Of a DNA stretch of 64,000 bases, positions 55,557 to 64,000 are shown piece after piece. Source of the stretch: Psilocybe cubensis (taxonomy: Eukaryota); the NCBI GenBank assembly GCA_017499595.2, contig CM039003.1, positions 1,736,001 to 1,800,000 of the forward strand, read 5' to 3'. The notes under the pieces are model-generated. The model had not been told where the DNA came from, searched no databases, and saw nothing but the letters and a program-made list of their open reading frames with translations. A program made the translations under genes and the position numbers. The first letter of the stretch is position 1; every line of letters begins with the position of its first letter.

Positions 55557-56780
55557 ATGTCTCTCGCAAACGCAGAAGTTCTACTGGCCTTTAAAGCTGG
55601 AAGAGCTTTTAGAAGGGAAGGAACCAATTTTGTTGATCCCAGCTCAACCAAAGGTGCCATCTACATCACCAATGGAGAAGATGGCCTGCAACACTTCATC
55701 TGGAAGAACCGTGTTACGGGCGACATAGAAGAGGTTTGTTCTTCCTTATGCTTAGTACCCAATATCTATTTTAACTATCAGGGGTTATAGGATCTCATTT
55801 TGTTCCCCTTCGATGCTTCCTTCGTCAAGGTTTCTCAATCCAGTGGCAGAGTATACGTTCTAAAGTTCTCATCTTCAAATCAGAGGCACTTCGTACGTTT
55901 TTATTTCTCGCCTGGATATTCATATTGCTAAAATATATATAGTTCTGGATGCAGGTAACTCGCTCTTTAGGTCGCCTTTTGATTCACCTCTAAATATCGA
56001 TGCCGTTTAACAGGATGCTTCATTCGCTCGCGATACAGAATTTGCAAACAACGTAAATGGCTTGCTGCAAGATCCAGAGTATGAGTTGAGGTGGGGCACC
56101 TCTAATGCACCTCAAGCATCTACATCGTCTGCACCTGCTCAACCTGCTGCATCATCGTATGTCCTTCTTTCCCTTCTATTTCACAACTTCTATGTCATTT
56201 TCTGAGTTTTCAATTACAGCTCGACTTCTGCTACTTCTTCCAATACAAATTTCCAGGCTACTCCAGAACAACTCGCAGCTATTACACAGATGCTGTCTTC
56301 GATGTCAGGACGATCTGGAGAAGCAACCCAAGCCCCTGGTATGCCTCTTGACGTCCATAGTTCCCATTCAATTGGCTCTGACATCACCCGTCATCAGAAT
56401 TATCTCTCACAGATATTCTTACACCAGCAAATCTGGGACCTTTGTTTACCGGCCACCCCGAACTAATTCCAGCACTCTTCCCTCACCTTCCTCCAGACCT
56501 ACCGATGCCTCCATCCGCGGAAGTTCTGCAACGAATTATACAGTACGTTTTTTGGACTGTTTTCAATGGACACCCTTAAACCATCGAGTTCTTTTTCAGT
56601 TCTCCCCAATTTAGAGCCTCGGTCGCAAATTTTGATCAGGCGTTGAGGACAGGCTTATTAGGAAATCTTGTAACGACGTTGGGCTTGCCGGAAGAGGCGG
56701 GGACCGGAGTTGGCCCATTCCTAAGGGCAATTCAAGAACAAGCAGATAGAGAGGCAAGCGATAGCATGGACACGGATTAA
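55557..56780 (+). CDS. RPN13: Proteasome ubiquitin receptor Rpn13/ADRM1
   Basis: LAFKAGRA, DGLQHFIWKNR, DLILFPFDASF, GRVYVLKFSSSNQRHF|FWMQD (Pru domain), then a C-terminal DEUBAD-like SPQFR...DQALRTG. Confidence 0.92.
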
Positions 56781-57251
56781 ATTCAGTTTCCCTACTTTTG
56801 TTTTCTCGCATATTGATTCTGGATGTTGTTGGAAGAGTCGAATTCCACTTTTGCTTATTTAAAACGGCCGTGATGACAGCTGTCCAAAACCCAATCTTGA
56901 CGTACAGATTCGTGTAAGGATTATCATTGAAACGCATGGATCCTGCACTTTGATTAGGGTTTGCTCCCTTGAACGAGGCTGCAACTCTTTGGGGTTTCTA
57001 CATTTGGCCTTCATCATTTTTGTCTCAAGAACAGCCAGAATACACACTTGTGTAACAAAGGGGTATGCGCGATGCTTCAGATAAGCTATTAGAAACTACG
57101 AAGGATGTGGTACATATGGGCAAGGTGGCGGCAATAGAAGATGAAAATAAACTTGAACATAAACGCCCGTGGACAATATCAAAGATAAAGAAATAGTTAT
57201 TATGTAACTCCATGGGTTGCATTGCTGTATTCGTAGCAAGTTCCAGAGGCC

Positions 57252-58568
57252 TTACTTGTCAGTCGACAACTTCTTCCGCGTCATCAACTCGTTCATTCAC
57301 TTTTTTCAGTCGTTTGTAGGTCTCTACTGCCTTGGCGAGCTTTTTGTTAGGTTGACAGTCATCTAATTTGAACGTTTGATTACATCCCGCTGCCGGACAT
57401 TTCTTTGTTGAAGGGCCAGATCTGAAATGGTCTTTTATAGAGGATGCAGAGAAGCTATGACCACATATGCGTCTGGAAGATGATAGATGAGTTTCTTTTT
57501 AAAGATGCAAAGTTATCAAGAACTCACGAGGTGCAAGGGTTTTCTAGTAGAGTCAATGTTATAGGACAGTTGTAGTTTTGAGTGACTCCGCCCATTTCAA
57601 CGTCGTCATCGGAACCTGAATCATCACCATCCTCTGAAGCAGACATTCAATATGTTTGCCACAATATTGAACCATGATATGCATACCTTTGGGTATCATT
57701 TCTGTTAGTGGGGGCATGGGGTTGTCGGGATTATTTGCATTCTACCTTTTTCGTCAGGAGATGTGCTACTAATGAAGGTGCAATGGACGAACCCAGATTG
57801 CTAAGTGGAAGTCGGAATACATAGTTGGTGTAACTTTATTCAAGTATTTTTGTCGCGTTGTTTTGCTGGCATACTCATCCTTACGTTCCTCAACACCAGC
57901 TTTGTACTGACTAAGAGCATTTCTCTGTGATACGGTAAATCGAAAAACAAACAAACAAAGTAGTCATTGTACTTACGATTTCTGTCCCTGACATGGCTTT
58001 TTGATATAGGGCATCCAAAGATTGGGCATAGCAGTTCATTTCAGCCACTACATCCATAAATTCTTTCACACCGTTGTCCAACTTTTGCAACTCCTAATGA
58101 TACGGAGAATGAATACAGTATTGAAGGAACCAGCGTGGTTTTTACCTTTGATGAAGCTACATCTTTCTCTCCTGCACCCACCATAGCCGCTGCTACTTCT
58201 TCGTATAATTCACTTCTTTTACTTACTCTATCTCTCATGGTTATCCATTCCTTTGAAAGACCTTGAAGCTTTTGTAAATCGTCTCTACGCAATGGCTGGT
58301 CTGGGAAATTCTCCACGTCTATACGGTCGTCCTCATCCTCATCATTCTCATCCTCAGCTTCAGGGTCTGCTCTTTGTTTTCCATTGGATCGTCGCCGGAG
58401 ATCTTTTTCCCTTTTGACTGAAACTTTCTTTCCGGTTCTTGGACGATCTTCAGCGTCGCTAACGTCATCAGTTTTCCGGGAAGCTTGAGTATTTCGGACG
58501 TCTTCAATATCTTCAGAGTTTAGCCTGCGTGAAGTGGGCTTACGACGCGAAGAAGTGGCAACGGGCAT
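57252..58568 (-). CDS. MMS21: SP-RING SUMO E3 ligase Mms21/Nse2 (Smc5/6 subunit)
   Basis: YASKTTRQKY, DDDVEMGGVTQNYNCPITLTLLENP, CGHSFS, CPAAGC. Confidence 0.85.
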
Positions 58569-58608
58569 GGTGCAGGAATGGTCAAGAATAGTAATAATTG
58601 AACAATGG

Positions 58609-58642
58609 ACGCGTTTTATTAACGTGTTTGGCAACCACGCGT
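58609..58642. promoter_or_regulatory. Two ACGCGT (MCB-like) boxes in the MMS21/MRPS12 divergent promoter
   Basis: ACGCGT at 58609-58614 and 58637-58642 within a 138-bp gap. Function is inferred. Confidence 0.4.
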
Positions 58643-58706
58643 TGAACAAACACTGACCCAAATAGTTGTCCAACGCTGTAGGCTGTAGTACTCCTTCTCT
58701 CCACAA

Positions 58707-59333
58707 ATGTTCGCTGGACTCAGGGCGTTCGCCCGAACCACGGAGCGATGGGCACCTTCATTGGCAAGAATTACCCTTCAGTCTACGTTGGCACCTTCCC
58801 TTCTGAACTTCCGGTCATTCCATGCAACTTCAACAACTCTGCGGACCATCAATCAATCCATGCGTGCAAAGAGGGTCCCAAAGAAGCAAGAAAAGTCAAA
58901 GTCACCGTTACTTGAAGTTTCCCCGCAGCGTAAAGGAGTCGTAACTCGCCTCATTATTGCCACACCTAAAAAGCCCAACTCCGCTAAACGAAAAGTCGCC
59001 CGTATCAAACTCACAACTGGAAAATCTTGCATGGCATACATCCAAGGAGAAGGTCACAATTTGCAAGAGCATAGTGTTGTTTTAGTGAGAGGAGGACGTA
59101 CAAAGGATCTTCCCGGAGTGGGGTGAGTCACAATTATGCTACAGTCAGTAGACTTGAATGAACTAATATTCACGTTTCGTTCAGATACAAACTTGTCCGT
59201 GGAGCACTTGACTTTGCTGGAGTTGTCAATCGTGCAACCTCACGCAGTAGATATGGGTGAGTATTTACACTTATTTCAACTGCTCTACTGTATTGACTAT
59301 GGTTATAGTGTGAAGAAACCCAAACGGAAGTAG
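58707..59333 (+). CDS. MRPS12: Mitochondrial ribosomal protein S12 (uS12m)
   Basis: Presequence, [63 protein letters not shown]. Confidence 0.95.
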
Positions 59334-59409
59334 TGTATATGTCATTAATCCTATTGACCTAATGCGTAAAACAATTGCCCTGGATATGGATATGATGCAG
59401 ATGAAATAT

Positions 59410-62400
59410 TCAGCATGCTAACTTAACCAGATTGCCCGTTGCCCTCAATTTATCTTCTCGTTCTTTTTGCGCTCGAACTATCTTCTCTATCTCCGAATTC
59501 AGCGCCCAACACCAGCTGTCTCGTTCGTGCAAACTCCGCGTCTTGAAAACTAACATTTTATTTTTTGCAGAAAGACTGGCGACGGATTTCGTGTTCTGGG
59601 GAGTCGTTGTCGGATCCTGGTCAGCATTGGCCATTTGCGTGTGGGAACGATACCAAATCATGAACAACATATCTTCTTCCCGGTCATCTGTTTCTAATCC
59701 GTCCTGGTATCGCCTAGGAGCGGATGCGGCGTTCGGCATGTATTGTCCTGCTGGCAAAGCCTGCGCCGCAAAGTATCCGGAACAGACATAGGCGTCGAGC
59801 AAATTAATTTTCTTTGGCAATGCAGGGTACATTGAAGATTGCGATCCTATACGAAAACGAACGAGATGACCTGCAACCACGAATAACTGGATGAGCCTAT
59901 TCAAAGATTAGCATTGTTCGACCAATCAAAATGACTGCCTACTTGTACTGCCCGTGGAGGCCTTTTTTCATATACAGACGTCCGGCTTTTATGATTGGTC
60001 GACAACCTTCCAGGACGCACCAATTAAACAGGTTGTCGATCGCTGCGTATGGACTTGATGGACCTTCTGGAGCCTCGGGTGGAATATCATGATCATCTTG
60101 ACATACTCGTGTCTGGGGTGTTAACCTAGGGCGTCGAGCGTGAGCCAATTCTATCTCTTGTTTAGCATCAAGTCGATGTCGATTTTTCCAGTAGAAAACC
60201 AATGCCCGCAAACGTTCGACCCACTCAATCGATACTGAACATGAATAAGCCTGGTAAATAATAATATGGCAGTTGATTAGCCACCTTTCATCACCAGAGT
60301 TGGGGTTTCGGGGAAATTTACCTCGAAGCGGATAATGTGCCCTGTATTGAGGAGCAACTCAAATGACCGCCTGACCTTAAGCTGCGTGCGATCACTGATT
60401 TTACTTAGGCCGCCGTCTCCCCCTTCATCCTCCTCATCCTCTGTCGTCCTACTTTCTGGGAGTTCCCATGCCTTGAACCAAGACTCATCGTAACTTTGCT
60501 CTTTTTCAGTATGCATGTGCGCAGATGTTGGGTGTGAAGCTCTTTTGACGGCAATTATAGTCCTCAAGTCGCACACCCCCGCCGCGTTTATGATTTGATT
60601 GGTTCCACGACGAATCTCCGCGTGTCGAAGAGTATGAGAATCTGGGTACACATCTGAAATGGGTGTAAGGCCTGGCGGCATCGGTGGGAATGCCGAATTT
60701 GTGTTCAAAATGAAGAGATTTCCGTGGTGGACAGAAATGTATGTCTGCTGCTTCGTCTGCGTATTCGGTCTGATGCGATCCAGATACCCTTCTATGGCAG
60801 GGGGTTCATCGATTCGCCTCCCATTGCTCAAATGTATGTGGGTAGGGGCGTGGTCTGCCAAACGAATTTCTAAGACAGGAGGCCTCGAGGCCTTTAAAGA
60901 TAAAAATGGTTAGTACTATGAAGACATACGTCTGGTGATGACCTACCTTTGCGAATGGCAAACCGCACAAAACAGACCAGCCTCTCGGCATTCCGGTAAC
61001 GTCATTTTCCAGCCATACCCAGTCCAGGTTGGCATTTTGACGCCATGCAAGCTCCAAAGACTTTCCCTTCTTGATATGTCCTGCAACCAAATATTGCCAA
61101 TCGGGAACAGTACGAAGCAAACTCATGCATAGCGCGATGACATTCTCTCGCTTGAACATAGTGTATAGAGCAGCGCTGTCTAAGCCAATACTCTCAGGTA
61201 CATCAATAGTGACCTTCGTGTTCAGCCTAGGATTGTGGATGTCGATTGTTTGAGGCACTTGGCCGCCCATATGTCTCCTATCAGTTTAAATTCATGTTTA
61301 AATCATGACCTGTTCAAAGAAAAGAAATGAACGTACCATAGTTGCCAAGTCCAGTCGTAAGCTCTGGACCTGCTCTTCAACTTGAAGACAAATATATTGG
61401 TCCCTTCTTTCTCTCGAGTGAAAATCCACCGTGATGTATTCGTATTTAGCCGTGTAGTTGTGGGAGCACATGTTATGCAAAACGTCATGTCCGCAAAAGA
61501 ATACAGTGAAAGGCGAGTTCTAGATGATTTCAGGGATATAACGTATGAAAGATGTTTGTGACCAGTTAACCATTCCTTGCCTGGGGTAGCCTGGCCAACG
61601 AATGTCAGAAAGAATAACCTGCAATGTAGAAAGCAAAACATACATGATCTCGATAAATTTCAATGCTATCCCTCCGCCAGGCAACCAAAAATTCGCCCCA
61701 GTCTTCGTAATGTAGGTTTCTTGTTGTTCGATTTATAGCGTCATCAAAGGTGGTTATTCCCTCGTCCTTGGTATAGCTCACTCTGACGAGCATCCTGTCT
61801 CTCCAAGAAGTTAGTATGGACGACTGTGAGCATTAGCGCAGAATCTAGTCACCACGAAGGACAACATCTCCCCATATTAGATCCTCCGATGAACCTGAAG
61901 TCGGTTCACGAGCTAATGTTGCAGCAAGACTAGTATTGGGATCCACAGTATCTTTGGTTCTTTGCAGGACCGTTTCCGGTGGCACTGGTCCTGAAGCAGG
62001 AGTTGGAGTTGGAGTTAAACCGTCTGTATCTTCATTGTAGTGAACCATCCTAGCCTTCCCTTTAGGATCAACAAGGGATGATTGCTGTACTTCACTTTGT
62101 GGAATTATTTCTATGGTTCTTTGTGGGGTGCCACTGTTGGTAGTCTCCGCTCGTGTTTTCAGAAGTAAGCCAGTCCTAGATGAAGTAGACGATCCGGCTT
62201 CAGTGGCTTCGTTGAGTACAGGAGACCCTGATTCTTTGGGTTGTACCCCATCCGACTCGGGTAGCGCCATGAAGCTGGAGCGAGGTGTGGAAAATGTTTC
62301 CATCCCACTGGTCGTGCTTCTTGCAGCGGATGTGCTGTGTCCATCAGGATCAACATGACTATGAGAACGTTTGGAAGAGACCCTTTCGCTTCCAGTTTTC

Positions 62401-62924
62401 AAGCTTTTATTTACGATGTGGTCCGCGTCATGCATGACGTTCATTCCAAGAAGGCTACCGACCTCAAAACTCTTTCCGAACCAACGGCTGTTTGCACCCT
62501 GTGGATCATGCTTTCGTCGATGGTGACGGCGACTCCAAATCTGGCCCCAGTCACTTTCTTTCCATAGCTTGGACATATGTTCAATCAGATTTTGCTCTTC
62601 TTCGTCGTCCCATTCATCAGGGTTTCCGCCATGGTGAACAAAGAATCTGAATGCGTTCTCTTTCAGGATCTGCGTGACTTCCTCGGTCTTGTCGGCTTTG
62701 GTATGTTCGTTCTGGTTATCGAAAGAAAATGACAATACACTCCCTACGGTGAGTTTTGCTTTCTTGCCTTGTCCTTCAGTGTGGGCGATGACCTTCTCAG
62801 GCATTGGTCCAATGAAGATTCGACGATGAAAATCATTAGGAGTCGAGCCAACTGGTCCGACTCCGACAGAAGGTCCAGGTAGAGACGAGATGGACTGCTC
62901 CCCTTGGGCTGAGGTAGAAGCCAT
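59410..62924 (-). CDS. Multi-PH-domain protein of the Spo71/Mug56 family
   Basis: RRIFIGPMP, DRMLVRV, LSLYSFAD, LELAWRQNANLDW, EPPAIEGYL, RRSFELLL, EWVERLRALVFYWK, FNWCVLEGCRPI, AYVCSGY, ERDSWCWALNSEIE. Confidence 0.8.
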
Positions 62925-63300
62925 TTGACATTGATTATTGAGGCGTTGTGGCGAGTAAACGTGGCTTCAGAGGACAAGTGGATCAAGCACAGTACTGTTA
63001 TGATCCATTGCTTGGTTCTAAGATGTCATAAGTTGTCCATAAATAGATCTCACGAACGGCTATCTCGGTTACACAATGTTGTCCTTATTTTGTCCGCATG
63101 TTGACGCCCATTGCAAGTCTATTCCGATATGAGGCTGTTCTACAATATAAATGGAGCATACGATAGGTTAAATCATTGTACAGATAATCAAAGAGAGTTG
63201 GGGGATAAGAACCAAAATGAAAAATGTGACAAGTCCGAATATGAATATGAATATTGTACAAAGAAAAAACGAAGAGGAAAAAATGCAGGTAAGTTAGCAA

Positions 63301-64000
63301 TTATTGTGAAGATAACTCTTTTGCGCGTTGTTGACACATCAGTTCATGCGACTTTTGCACATATTCCTCAGATTCCGAGCGCTCGAATCTAAACGCAAAA
63401 ATCATTAAAAGAAAGTTAAGGCCAGATCAAAATTACTTGCTCTATTTTTGCGCCTTTGACATGCATATCAGGTTCCCGAAGAGCAAATGGGTTAACATCG
63501 GTGGCGGGGTTCAAGTTCGCAAGACTGTGGTTTACAAAGCGATGCGTTGTTTCATCAGACCTGACAGCATAAAGCACGTCCAAGAGCTTCGCATCGGGAT
63601 GGAGTCGCCAGTAGTCGATGGAGATTTCAGGAGCCGGCAGATTGGTCCTGAATGTGATTATCAGACGTATAAACACAGGTATCCATGAAAAAATCACATA
63701 CCACTCGGGTATCTTTCCAGCTTCGAGGTCGGCAATACACCGTGTGCTATATTAAAAGGTCAACATCCCTTGGCGTTGATAAATAACATCATAACTGAAA
63801 CCTACTATGTAACAACGGCTTCCTCTTCTAGATAACCGACGAATCGATGGCATATTTTTGGTGAAATCAAATAGGACAAAACTGAAAAAGATAACAATGA
63901 GCATGACGTCTGAAACTTTGTAACGTTAAGGACGCACAGAAAAGATTGTAAAAGACCCCTTGGGCACCCAAGATCATCAATCTAAAGAAGATTGAAGGCT
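63301..64000 (-). CDS. AOX: Alternative oxidase, 3' part (gene continues past the window end)
   Basis: [53 protein letters not shown] (diiron ligands). Confidence 0.93.

Overview
Gene-dense, intron-rich eukaryotic DNA from a mushroom-forming basidiomycete (Agaricales-like; ~50-nt GT-AG introns, DUF6534 protein, AOX). I can support 28 protein-coding genes, mostly conserved housekeeping loci: TIM9, DAHP synthase, ATG26, Artemis-like nuclease, POP1, Borealin-N protein, ERG26, CDC123, delta-12 desaturase, CK1-like kinase, PDC, M3 oligopeptidase, PET127, ARL8, RPN13, MMS21, uS12m, SPO71-like and AOX (cut by the window end). I saw no rRNA, tRNA, CRISPR or recognisable transposon. I found no clear-cut novel system. 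The best leads are: a tandem pair of intronless metallo-beta-lactamase-fold lactonase/lactamase genes; a CK1-like kinase with an altered catalytic loop (HRDIQLGN); a frameshifted GNAT gene; a small spliced SCOC/Slo1-like gene with a GC-AG intron that the ORF track misses; a probable dual-start oligopeptidase; and CACGTG/ACGCGT motifs recurring in the short divergent promoters. Family calls come from motif recognition by eye, not database searches. CDS coordinates are gene spans (start to stop codon, introns included).
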